A stretch of DNA of 61,733 nt from Syntrophorhabdaceae bacterium (GTDB lineage Bacteria; Desulfobacterota; Deferrimicrobia; Deferrimicrobiales; Deferrimicrobiaceae). Every line of letters starts with the position of its first letter. Positions within the stretch are counted from its first letter, which is position 1. The position numbers were made by a program, and so were the translations under genes. A model generated the notes under the pieces. The model saw only the letters and a list, made by a program, of their open reading frames with translations, did not search any database and was not told where the DNA came from. The stretch lies in the NCBI GenBank assembly GCA_009783195.1, contig WRHP01000004.1, forward strand, positions 1 through 61,733, read 5' to 3'. Below, in pieces: positions 44,616 to 54,317 of this stretch.

Positions 44616-44908
44616 ATGAATAAGTATTTGTGAGAATTTAATTGCAATAAAAGTATCGTAAAGATTGAAAATATAATTAAATACATTGAAAATACGTTTA
44701 ATGTTTTGTTGCCAAAAGATCATATAGAATTTATGCGAGATTTTAATGGAGAGAAGGGTTCATAGGGAAAAATTATTTAATAATGTATAGGATAGAAGAA
44801 ATTATAGAAACCAATAAATCTTGTCAAATTGAAGATTTTGCTCCAGGCATGCTTTTATTTGGGAGCAATGGTGGCGGCATAATGATCAATTGTTTGAAAA
44901 GGCTGTAA
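44616..44908 (+). pseudogene. decayed SMI1/KNR4 (SUKH-1) immunity-protein gene
   Basis: My translation gives ..IENTFNVLLPKDHIEFMRDFNGEKGS* then, in another frame, KNYLIMYRIEEIIETN..APGMLLFGSNGGGIMIN. There is an in-frame TGA at codon 6, a TAG and a frameshift. AT-rich. Confidence 0.6.
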
Positions 44909-44951
44909 ATCATCAGGATGACTAATAAAAACATTACAACAGGAGTTATAA

Positions 44952-45527
44952 ATGGACGCAATATTTAAAGAATTTGTTTCTGCTTTTCCTCCTTCAGTTG
45001 ATTTGGTTAAGCCAACAGACCAGACGCTTGATCGATTTAAAGATATGCTACCCGAAGAATTACTTAGTTTTTGGAAAGAATTTGGTTTTGGCAATTATGG
45101 CAATGGTTTGATAAAAGTTGTAAATCCGGAAGAGTACAGCAGCTCGCTATACGAATGGCTTGGAAAAGAAGATGCTTCAAGAGTGCCTATCCTTGTGACA
45201 GCTTTTGGCGATATTTTCTTTTATAGAAAGTTGTCTGTTGACGATGAAGACGTCAGTTTTCTTGATATTCATTATAGAGATGTTGAAGTTTGTGTCTGGA
45301 GTTTGGCGGAATTTTTCGAGTCGTATATTGTTGATGAAGGCATTATTGACGAAGTATTAAAGAAAGAATTGTTTGAATTGGCTGTGTCTGAAAAAGGCGG
45401 AATATCGTTTGATGAAATATATTATTTTGTTCCCGCGTTAGTTATAGGAGGAGGAGAGGATATAAAATATATAGACAAGGGTAAAGGAGTTGTTCATCAA
45501 TCGCTATTGTTTCAAATGGGATTATAA
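44952..45527 (+). CDS. GAD-like/DUF1851 protein (Tdi1-type T6SS immunity protein family)
   Basis: LPEELLSFWKEFGFGNYGNGLIKVVNPEEY...VTAFGDIFFY matches my memory of GAD-like plus DUF1851 architecture. AT-rich gene. Confidence 0.55.
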   Translation: MDAIFKEFVSAFPPSVDLVKPTDQTLDRFKDMLPEELLSFWKEFGFGNYGNGLIKVVNPEEYSSSLYEWLGKEDASRVPILVTAFGDIFFYRKLSVDDEDVSFLDIHYRDVEVCVWSLAEFFESYIVDEGIIDEVLKKELFELAVSEKGGISFDEIYYFVPALVIGGGEDIKYIDKGKGVVHQSLLFQMGL

Positions 45528-45833
45528 AAGAAGTTTGATAAGCGGAATTTAAGAAGCATTTTTAGCGCTTTCCGCAAATTTTTGATATCGCTCCATTGGC
45601 GTGGCGTCGCAATCCGCTAAAAAACCTGATGGTCTGGAGTATTGCCAAATGTGAATGCTCCGCCGCTCCCGGTTCACCTATAATCCGTTAATTCATAACG
45701 CTAGATGTCGATCCGCAAACCTTGGAACAAGCTGCTTGTTCCGTAACCATCGGGTTGACAGGCAACGTGATTCTTTCTTCGAAAGAATCCGTAATTCTCA
45801 AGGCGGATTCGTCGTACTTGCGCCCGAGAGGAG

Positions 45834-46019
45834 GTGATGACGCGGACGGGAGCATTGGCAGAAAAGTCGATATGGCGGTCAAAAAGCTTGCATAAAGACC
45901 GGTTCCCGCCACCGGAGAAGCCCCGGAAAGTTCAAACGAAAAGCAGGCAATGCCCTGTATGCGGTAAAAGAGGTGTGGTTATCAACGCGCGGCAAAACAA
46001 AAAGGAGAAATTGACATGA
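45834..46019 (+). CDS. possible small basic protein, unknown
   Basis: AGGAGG lies just upstream and the stop overlaps the next start (ATGA). No family recognised. Confidence 0.25.
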   Translation: MMTRTGALAEKSIWRSKSLHKDRFPPPEKPRKVQTKSRQCPVCGKRGVVINARQNKKEKLT

Positions 46020-47005
46020 AGTATATTATCACTGCTTTTCTTGCGCTATTGCTGGCTGTGGCAATGCCTTGGACGCCATCCGCGTCGGCGGGCCAGATCG
46101 ATCAGACATTCCGTAATCCATCGGCGCAAGATACCGTCAACTGGCTTCCGAAAGAAATGCCTACCCGGCGGATAACTTATACAAACAACTCGCTTACGTA
46201 CGGAGACTTGCGGTTGCCCGGCAAATCCAATCTGAAAGGCAAAGCCAAGGCCTATCCGGTTGTCGTCATGATACATGGCGGCGCGTGGACCGCGGGTTAT
46301 TCCCTGGACTATGTCGCTCCTCTCGCGGAGGCGTTGACAGATGAAGGGATAGCGACATGGAATATCGAATATCGCAGGATTGAAAATACCGGAGGAGCGT
46401 ATCCGAACACGTTCCGCGATGTTGCCGCGGCAATCGACTATTTGCGCGTGCTCGCTCCCGAGTACGGTCTGGATCTGGATCGGGTGGTTGTCGCGGGCCA
46501 CTCGTCTGGCGGCCATCTTGCGTTGTGGGCCGGCAGCAGGGCAAGCATTCTTCCATCCAGCCGGTTGTATGTCGCTAATCCTCTGCCTGTAAGAGGCGTT
46601 GTTTCTCTTGCCGGCATACCCAATCTGAAAGATGCCCTTGAGCGCGGTAATCGCACGGACGTATTGACGCTTCTTGGCGGCGTAACTGCGGCGGCGGCGA
46701 TATCGCTTTACCCCGAAACGTCTCCGTATCACATGCTGCCGACCGGCGTGCCCACATCCCATATCGTGGGGACCTCTGATAATCCTTGGCGTGTTGCCAT
46801 CACCGAAGAGTATGTTGAGTACGCGAAGTCGCTGGGGGATTGGGGCCGCATTGCCATCCCCGTGGGCGCAAATCATTTTGATGTTGTTGACCCATGCGGT
46901 CCCGCCTGGCCGACGATCGTGACGGAAGTTTTGTTGGCCTTGGGCGAAAAACCGCCGAATGGCAATTTGAATCAATCGAAATTCTGTCCGGTTTCCGGGC
47001 GGTAG
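46016..47005 (+). CDS. secreted alpha/beta hydrolase (esterase/lipase-like)
   Basis: Signal peptide, oxyanion HGGAW and nucleophile elbow GHSSGG. Confidence 0.8.
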   Translation: MKYIITAFLALLLAVAMPWTPSASAGQIDQTFRNPSAQDTVNWLPKEMPTRRITYTNNSLTYGDLRLPGKSNLKGKAKAYPVVVMIHGGAWTAGYSLDYVAPLAEALTDEGIATWNIEYRRIENTGGAYPNTFRDVAAAIDYLRVLAPEYGLDLDRVVVAGHSSGGHLALWAGSRASILPSSRLYVANPLPVRGVVSLAGIPNLKDALERGNRTDVLTLLGGVTAAAAISLYPETSPYHMLPTGVPTSHIVGTSDNPWRVAITEEYVEYAKSLGDWGRIAIPVGANHFDVVDPCGPAWPTIVTEVLLALGEKPPNGNLNQSKFCPVSGR

Positions 47006-47051
47006 CGGCAGAAGAAAAACCTTAACATCTGAATTCGCGCATGTTTCAGCG

Positions 47052-47090
47052 AAAAGAGATCCTGGCGTAAAGCCGGGGTCTCTTTTTTGT
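47052..47090 (+). terminator. intrinsic terminator after the hydrolase gene
   Basis: AAAAGAGATCC..GGGGTCTCTTTT followed by TTGTTTT. Confidence 0.6.
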
Positions 47091-47446
47091 TTTGAGCGGT
47101 TTTACTTATGCGCATGGCCGACTTCTTTCGCTTAAAAGAAGCCCTCTTGCGATATCGTCCGCTTTGATGGATGTCTTCCGAATCTTCCATCAAAAATGCT
47201 GCGGAAATTGGCTTGAAAAATAGGCTGTTCTTAATGACCGTCATTAGAAATCAATGCCTGCCGACGCATCCGGGCTTATTTGCAAAAGAAGGGCAGAGGA
47301 GATGAATTCAAAAGCCTTTGGCAAATAGTTGCCGCTGCGGAGCGGCGCTTGTAAGAAAACAACAGCCTACGGCAAACCGCAATACTTTGGGCGCGTCAGA
47401 AATGGATAGGCGCTCGCGCGAAACCGTATGCGGGTCATGGCCGGGG

Positions 47447-48331
47447 CTAAGGGAGTAGCCGATACCGTCCGTCCTCAAAGGAGGCTTCTCCGCGTAGCAT
47501 CATTTCATCCATGTGCTTCAAAAAAAGCGACCACTCCGCGTAATCAAGCCACCACCAGTCGTTTCCCTGCCCGCAGAACAGTCTTCGTGAGATGATCTCC
47601 GCCCTGGTTCTTGGTTTACGCAGAAATTCCCGCAAAGCCTGTTCCCTGCCGCTGATCGTCGCCAGGTACGCCTCGGCTTTTTCCGCGATCGACCCTTGAT
47701 ATGTAGGTCCTTCATGGGAAGTTACACAAATTCGGGCGTCAATCTTTGCCAGCCTGCGGACGGAGCGCCGGAGATCTTCAATTCCGCACCTTGCGTCTCC
47801 ATACCAGGGTCCAAACTCCGTCAGGTCGTAGTCCGCCATGAACAGGATCTCTTCGTCCGGGAAATGCAGACAAAGGTGTCCTTGAGAGTGGCCGGGGGAA
47901 ACCACGGCCACCGCGCGTGTTTTTCCGAAGAGAAGCTCTTCTCCATCGGTGATCCCGCGAGCGATCTTTCGGGGCGTGAAGTGGAACTTCTCCGTCAAAA
48001 GCTTTCGGTATGGCGCTTCCCATTCCGTTCCCGCCGCCGACTCATACGCAAGCAGTGTCTCAAGCGACCCGAAAGCCGGCGCGTCGGCCTCCGACGCCCA
48101 TACTTGCGCGTCCGGCACTCGTGACAAGTAGGTGAAGTGGTCCTCGTGGTAATGGGTCATCATCACCGTCTCGATTCCTTCGCCTTCCCGCAGCCGGTCG
48201 ATCTCATCCGGGTCGGCGCCCGCGTCAACCAGTATGCCGCTGTCTTTTATGTAGAGAGAGTGAGAATAAGGGTATCGGCCATTATTCAATCCGTGGACGA
48301 TCCAGATCTGGTCTGTAAGCTTTGTGATCAC
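47447..48331 (-). CDS. MBL-fold metallo-hydrolase
   Basis: THYHEDH motif, with downstream His/Asp ligands (GHSQGH). Confidence 0.8.
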   Translation of the reverse strand: MITKLTDQIWIVHGLNNGRYPYSHSLYIKDSGILVDAGADPDEIDRLREGEGIETVMMTHYHEDHFTYLSRVPDAQVWASEADAPAFGSLETLLAYESAAGTEWEAPYRKLLTEKFHFTPRKIARGITDGEELLFGKTRAVAVVSPGHSQGHLCLHFPDEEILFMADYDLTEFGPWYGDARCGIEDLRRSVRRLAKIDARICVTSHEGPTYQGSIAEKAEAYLATISGREQALREFLRKPRTRAEIISRRLFCGQGNDWWWLDYAEWSLFLKHMDEMMLRGEASFEDGRYRLLP

Positions 48332-48432
48332 CTGATTGGCACCGGTTTGCGTTCAAAACGCTTCATGTTTTGCCGCGGTGATGGCATGCGGTTTCATTTG
48401 ATTGCGTCAACTTGATAAAGCCACGGTTTCTT

Positions 48433-49998
48433 CTATGGCCGGCGGAGCGGATTTTCCTTCCTGCGGATCTCGCGGATCGAGCGACACCCGAGCAGAAAAG
48501 CCGCGAGGAAATATACGACGGCGATAAAAATGGCTCCCGCCGCGGAGCGCGTCAGCGCGCCCGCAAAAGTATCCCAAGGGATGAACTGCCCGGTCGCGCG
48601 GAGGGCGTATGTTCCGGCCGCTGCCGCAAGGATGGCCGAAAGCGACATCTTTGCGTATTCCGGAAGCTGCGCAAGGCCTTCTTTACCGACTGTCCGGCGC
48701 ATCAGAATTGCGTAAAGCGTTACCGCGTTCAGGAGGATTCCCGCCGTGCTGGCCAGGGCAAGCCCGAATACGCCGTGTGTCCGGTGAAGGAGGTAATAGA
48801 CAGGCAAAGCGGCGACAAAGGAAGCCGTGCCCACGATAGTTGGCGTCCAGGTGTCTTTCATCGAGAAAAAGCCCCTGGATACGATCGCCTGAGAACACCA
48901 GAAAGGGATTCCGATGGCGAAGGCGGATAGCGCCGAGGCGGTCCGGAGGGTATCTTCGATATTGAAAGCGCCGCGCTTGAAGACCAGGAGGATCGACTCC
49001 GGGGAAAGGGCAAAGACCGTAGCCCCTATCCAGGTTGAAACGAGGAATACCCAGCGCAGCGTGGCGGAAAGCGTTTCCCACATCTCTTTTTTTCTGCCGG
49101 TCGCCGCCAATTCCGCAAGAAAAGGATATGACGCGACTCCCGAAGCGTGTCCAAAGATTCCGACGGGGACCATCATCAGACGCCTGGCGTTGTTTTGCCA
49201 TGTGATGGCTCCGGCGATGAGGAACGACCCGAAAAAGCGCGAAGTCCACTCGTCCGCCATGACGAGAGAGAACCCCAGCATGATGGGGATGGTAAGCCGT
49301 ATGAATTCCCGCAACGCCGGACTGGACAGATCAAATCGCGGTTGAAAAACAAGCCCTGCGCGCCGCGCTCCATACAGTTGGATGGCAAAATTGCCAAGAA
49401 AAGCTCCTCCGACGACGCCCCAGGCAAACCCGGCCATGCCGTGCTGCCGTCCGCCCAGCAACCCCCCCGCGATGATTCCGGCGTTATAGATCAGCGGCGC
49501 CAGCGCCGGAAGGAAAAACTCTTTCTTGGCATACTGGACGGCCATGAGCAGGCCTCCCAGGTAGAAGAAAATTTGCGCCGGCATAATGATCCGCGTGAGC
49601 CGCGCGGCCAGTATGGTTTGCTCTGGGGAGAACCCCGGAGCGATGAATCCGGTGATTTCTTCAGCAAATAGCTCTCCGAACACGATCAAGAGGAGCGCGG
49701 CGGTTCCCATTACCGTGGCAATGGTGGAGAATGCCTTGAAACCCTCGTCTTCCTTTCCTTCCGCAAGATACCGGGAGAAGATAGGGATGAAGGTTATGGA
49801 CAGCGATCCTCCCGCCAGGAGGTGGTTCAGTAAATCTGGGATCGTAAACGCCGCGAAATAGGCGTCTGTACTGGGAGTGGCCCCGTGCTGGTATGCGATT
49901 ACAGCGTCACGCGCATATCCGAGGACCCTGGAGAGGAACACCGAAGCCATCATTACGGCCGCGGCGCGCCCTATCTTGGCGGTGTTGGAATCCGGCAT
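48433..49998 (-). CDS. murJ: lipid II flippase MurJ (MviN)
   Basis: 521 aa, about 14 TM segments, N-terminus ..SRVLGYARDAVIA..FGA....DAY.AAF..P typical of MurJ. Confidence 0.88.
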   Translation of the reverse strand: MPDSNTAKIGRAAAVMMASVFLSRVLGYARDAVIAYQHGATPSTDAYFAAFTIPDLLNHLLAGGSLSITFIPIFSRYLAEGKEDEGFKAFSTIATVMGTAALLLIVFGELFAEEITGFIAPGFSPEQTILAARLTRIIMPAQIFFYLGGLLMAVQYAKKEFFLPALAPLIYNAGIIAGGLLGGRQHGMAGFAWGVVGGAFLGNFAIQLYGARRAGLVFQPRFDLSSPALREFIRLTIPIMLGFSLVMADEWTSRFFGSFLIAGAITWQNNARRLMMVPVGIFGHASGVASYPFLAELAATGRKKEMWETLSATLRWVFLVSTWIGATVFALSPESILLVFKRGAFNIEDTLRTASALSAFAIGIPFWCSQAIVSRGFFSMKDTWTPTIVGTASFVAALPVYYLLHRTHGVFGLALASTAGILLNAVTLYAILMRRTVGKEGLAQLPEYAKMSLSAILAAAAGTYALRATGQFIPWDTFAGALTRSAAGAIFIAVVYFLAAFLLGCRSIREIRRKENPLRRP

Positions 49999-50545
49999 GG
50001 AGAAGAATATACCGCATAATAGGGTTTTTCATTCAAAGTTGCGTAAACCAGGATGTTGCTTTCGGCCAACTGAGCCAGAGAGCGAAAAATCTTTTTAGTG
50101 AGGCAATTACGAGTTACGGGTTATCGGTTAAAACCTGTAAGTTACATAAAAACGCCAAACTCAGGTAGAGCCGCCCTTGGGCGTATCGTATTATGCTTTT
50201 GCCACAAAGGAGATGGATGCCAAAGGACCAAATAAGAGTACGGCCTTGAAGCTTACAGTTAGTCTGTTTTTTGTGACCGAACGGAAGAGGTACAAAGCGC
50301 AAAAAGCGGAACCGCGCCGCTCGCGGCGAGTTCATTTGCCAATGGCGGCGCAAAGCGGTTTTTAGAGGTTCAAAGCGGAAAGATTACGTCTGCCGGATAT
50401 AATAATGGCCATAAAACAAAGTAGGGACGAAGAAAATATCGAGTGTGTTTTTATACATATTTTTGATTACGACTAAATGTTTTTTGTTTTTTGTCGATAA
50501 ATATGAATAATAATATTTTTTTATGTATTGATGATTGGAGAAGTC

Positions 50546-50710
50546 ATGGATCGTAATGACTGGCAATATTTTGATGAAGACTGGGAAAGTGAAGAAAAAG
50601 AAAGCGTTTCCGAGTCTTCTAAAAAACAGTGTTGCGTATGTTTGCGTTGGATTGACATGGATTCGCCTTATTGCGTTTGGTGTGGGAGACCCCAGCCCGA
50701 AAAAAAATAA
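50546..50710 (+). CDS. possible 54-aa acidic zinc-ribbon mini-protein
   Basis: GGAGAAG RBS. MDRNDWQYFDEDWESEEKE..CCVCLRWIDMDSPYCVWCG. Lies in the AT-rich islet. Confidence 0.35.
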   Translation: MDRNDWQYFDEDWESEEKESVSESSKKQCCVCLRWIDMDSPYCVWCGRPQPEKK

Positions 50711-50744
50711 AAACATTAATAGTGGTTTTATTTTTTATTAGTTC

Positions 50745-50773
50745 TTGACATCGTAAAAAGCGATTGTTAAGGT
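50745..50773 (+). promoter_or_regulatory. sigma70-type promoter of the cold-shock gene
   Basis: TTGACA, 17 nt, then TAAGGT, with an AT-rich UP-like tract upstream and about 70 nt before the GTG start. Confidence 0.5.
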
Positions 50774-50845
50774 CTAACGATGCGGCAAATTTTAGGCTTT
50801 TGCCAATGTTTGCATGCGTAATATCCAGTTAGGAGGTACGAGCAA

Positions 50846-51046
50846 GTGGCACAAGGAACGGTAAAGTGGTTTAACGACGCGAAGGGTTATGGTTTTATCG
50901 CACAAGAAGGCGGTCCGGACGTTTTCGTGCATTTCAGCGCAATCAAAATGGACGGGTTCCGCTCTCTGAAGGAAGGTGAGCGCGTCGAGTTTGAGATCAC
51001 TGAAGGCCCGAAGGGCCCCCAGGCTGCCAACGTCGTCAAGGCGTAA
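50846..51046 (+). CDS. cold-shock protein (CspA family)
   Basis: [15 protein letters not shown] (RNP1) and VFVHFS (RNP2). 66 aa. RBS AGGAGG. Confidence 0.95.
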   Translation: MAQGTVKWFNDAKGYGFIAQEGGPDVFVHFSAIKMDGFRSLKEGERVEFEITEGPKGPQAANVVKA

Positions 51047-51096
51047 CTTTACGGCATGCCCTGCTGAAACAACCACACCTAAAAACCAGAAAACGG

Positions 51097-51127
51097 AAAA
51101 CCCCGGCGGATATCCGCCGGGGTTTTT
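51097..51127. terminator. bidirectional intrinsic terminator between csp and secG
   Basis: AAAA-CCCCGGCGG-ATAT-CCGCCGGGG-TTTTT. Confidence 0.85.
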
Positions 51128-51167
51128 ACGTCTTTAGCCTTAAAAGGCGGCCACAGGGTATTTTGTT

Positions 51168-51506
51168 TTACTGCGGCAAAGCCTTCTGTTCCTGCGGCAT
51201 ATCCGGGATTTGGGGCGCCGGGGCCGGAGCGGTCGAAGCGGGAGGCGCGTCGGTCATGATGCTTTTTCGGGATGGCCCGCTACCGGCGAAGTAGGCAAGA
51301 AACAGCGACGTGATCATGAACAGGATCGCCGCGCCCGCGGTCAGCTTGCTCAGGAAGTTTGCGGGGCCGGAGGACCCAAACAGGGTTTGCGAAGAGCCGG
51401 CGCCAAAGACCGCGCCGATGTCAGAGCCTTTGCCGGTCTGCAGCAGGATGGCGAGAACCATAGTGATAGATACGACGACATGAACGATGACGATGAGCGT
51501 GTCCAT
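51168..51506 (-). CDS. secG: preprotein translocase subunit SecG
   Basis: Two TM helices and LLQ.GKG.D.G..FG.GSSQT.FG motif. Confidence 0.85.
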   Translation of the reverse strand: MDTLIVIVHVVVSITMVLAILLQTGKGSDIGAVFGAGSSQTLFGSSGPANFLSKLTAGAAILFMITSLFLAYFAGSGPSRKSIMTDAPPASTAPAPAPQIPDMPQEQKALPQ

Positions 51507-51536
51507 TTGTTCCTTTCGCTTTCGTTAGAGCTGGTT

Positions 51537-52286
51537 TTATTTGTATTTCACAATCTTTGCGAACGAGTCGGCGGCAAGGCAGGCGCCACCCACAAGCGCG
51601 CCGTCGATGTCTTCTTTGGCCATCAGGGATACGATGTTTTCGGGCTTGACGGAGCCGCCGTAAAGAATCCGTACGGAATCCGACGCCTCTCCCCATAGCT
51701 TCTTCAGCCGGTTTCGCAGGAAAGAGTGTACATCCTGCGCCTGCTCCGGGGTAGCTGTTTTCCCGGTGCCGATAGCCCACACCGGTTCGTACGCGACGAT
51801 GACTTTTGGCCCTTCGGCGGCGGAGATGTCTTTTAGCCCGCCAAAAAGCTGTGTTTCGACCACATCGAACGTGTTTCCCGCCTCGCGTTGCTCCAGCGTT
51901 TCGCCGAGACAAAAGATTGGCGTCAAGCCGGCCGCCAATACGGACCGGTTTTTACGGTTTACCGAATCGTCGGTCTCCGCGTAATACTGCCGGCGCTCGG
52001 AGTGGCCGATGATGCAGTGCGACGCGCCCGCGTCCCGCAGCATGCGGATAGAGACTTCTCCGGTGTACGCCCCTTCTTCCGCGAAGTGGACGTTTTGCGA
52101 GGAGACCCGCACGCCGCTTCCACGCACAAGCTCCGCTACCGTTGAGATCGCCGTAAACGGCGGCGCCAGAATAATCTCGACACCCTTGGCGTCAGCCACC
52201 AGCGGCAGGAACGCCCTCAAGAAGGATACGGCTTCCTCCGTGGTTTTATACATCTTCCAGTTTCCGGCAATGACAGGCACGCGCAT
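51537..52286 (-). CDS. tpiA: triose-phosphate isomerase
   Basis: VIAGNWKM, IGHSERR, AYEPVWAIGTG motifs. Confidence 0.95.
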   Translation of the reverse strand: MRVPVIAGNWKMYKTTEEAVSFLRAFLPLVADAKGVEIILAPPFTAISTVAELVRGSGVRVSSQNVHFAEEGAYTGEVSIRMLRDAGASHCIIGHSERRQYYAETDDSVNRKNRSVLAAGLTPIFCLGETLEQREAGNTFDVVETQLFGGLKDISAAEGPKVIVAYEPVWAIGTGKTATPEQAQDVHSFLRNRLKKLWGEASDSVRILYGGSVKPENIVSLMAKEDIDGALVGGACLAADSFAKIVKYK

Positions 52287-52289
52287 AAT

Positions 52290-53312
<1,023 letters not shown>

Positions 53313-53684
53313 TTATGTATTTTAAGAAATGATACAGCCTAAAAAAAATAGATTATACATTACCATTATTTCCTTTAACACCCTTCTGTCGTGTTCCGGC
53401 GCTGTTGGCGCTTCTCCAAAACGGTTTTTTGCGGATAAAAAAAGCCCGACCTGGCGGAGGTTATACCTTGCGGGGACGGCGTCTCGCCGCATGCCGGTTC
53501 GACTTTTTTGGGGAAAAGTATAAATGTTGAAAAAATAATTGTTTTTAGCAGTCCATGCTTGGCGTGAACACTATGGTTTATACAGCAAAGCAGCGAAGCG
53601 ATCATTTCTTTACAAAGCCCGGTTTTTATGTTTTATATACAAAGCCTGAGCGGGCCAATTCAGATTAAAGGAGGGTACAGGAAT

Positions 53685-54302
53685 ATGTCAAACGAGGTTT
53701 TGGCGCCTCTACAGCTTGGACATAAAATACGGAATTTTGCTTTCAGCACATACAATCCGGTAGAGAATCGTTTTGAAGAGCATAACCTGTACCAATATGT
53801 TCTGGCGAAGAAATGGCTTATACTGTACTTTTATCCCGCTGATTTTACGTTTGTATGCCCTACTGAACTTTCGGATTTGGCGCAATATCAGGATCAGTTG
53901 CAGCGGCTGAACGTGGAGATTATTTCTGTGTCCACGGATACAAAATTTTCGCATCTGGCTTGGTGTAAAGCTGAAAAACTATTGAAAAACATCAGTTTTC
54001 AGATGGCTTCCGACCCTACCGGCGAACTTGCAAACTATTTTGGGATTTATGACGCGGCGGGAGGCACGGCCTTGCGCGGCACCTTTATTATAAGTCCGGA
54101 TTGCGTATTGGTTGGTTCCGAGATCAATTACTACAATGTAGGACGTAATGCCTCTGAATTATTGCGTAAAATGCGTGCTTACACCTATCTCTTCGATCAC
54201 CCGGAACAGGCTTGCCCGGCAGCGTGGGAAGAAGGGCAGGAGTTGCTTACCCCTTCGGAAAAACTTGTTGGCTGCGTGTCAGAGTTCTATACTAAAGAAT
54301 AA
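53685..54302 (+). CDS. typical 2-Cys peroxiredoxin (AhpC/Prx1)
   Basis: FYPADFTFVCPTEL peroxidatic Cys and C-terminal CPAAW resolving Cys. Start at ATG 53685 after AAAGGAGGG. Confidence 0.88.
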   Translation: MSNEVLAPLQLGHKIRNFAFSTYNPVENRFEEHNLYQYVLAKKWLILYFYPADFTFVCPTELSDLAQYQDQLQRLNVEIISVSTDTKFSHLAWCKAEKLLKNISFQMASDPTGELANYFGIYDAAGGTALRGTFIISPDCVLVGSEINYYNVGRNASELLRKMRAYTYLFDHPEQACPAAWEEGQELLTPSEKLVGCVSEFYTKE

Positions 54303-54317
54303 TTCAGGTTTTACTAT

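Noticed and set aside
45541-45830. Possible transposase/integrase remnant or tRNA fragment at the right border of the AT-rich islet.
   Set aside because: I translated both strands by eye and found no DDE, tyrosine-recombinase or IS-like motif, and there is no tRNA 3' end (GGTTCGAATCC-like) nearby. The border mechanism remains unknown.
50384-50716. 110-aa minus-strand ORF in the AT-rich islet.
   Set aside because: Its composition is Phe/Tyr/Lys/Ile-rich, typical of random frames in AT-rich DNA. It overlaps the more plausible plus-strand zinc-ribbon mini-ORF and has no RBS.
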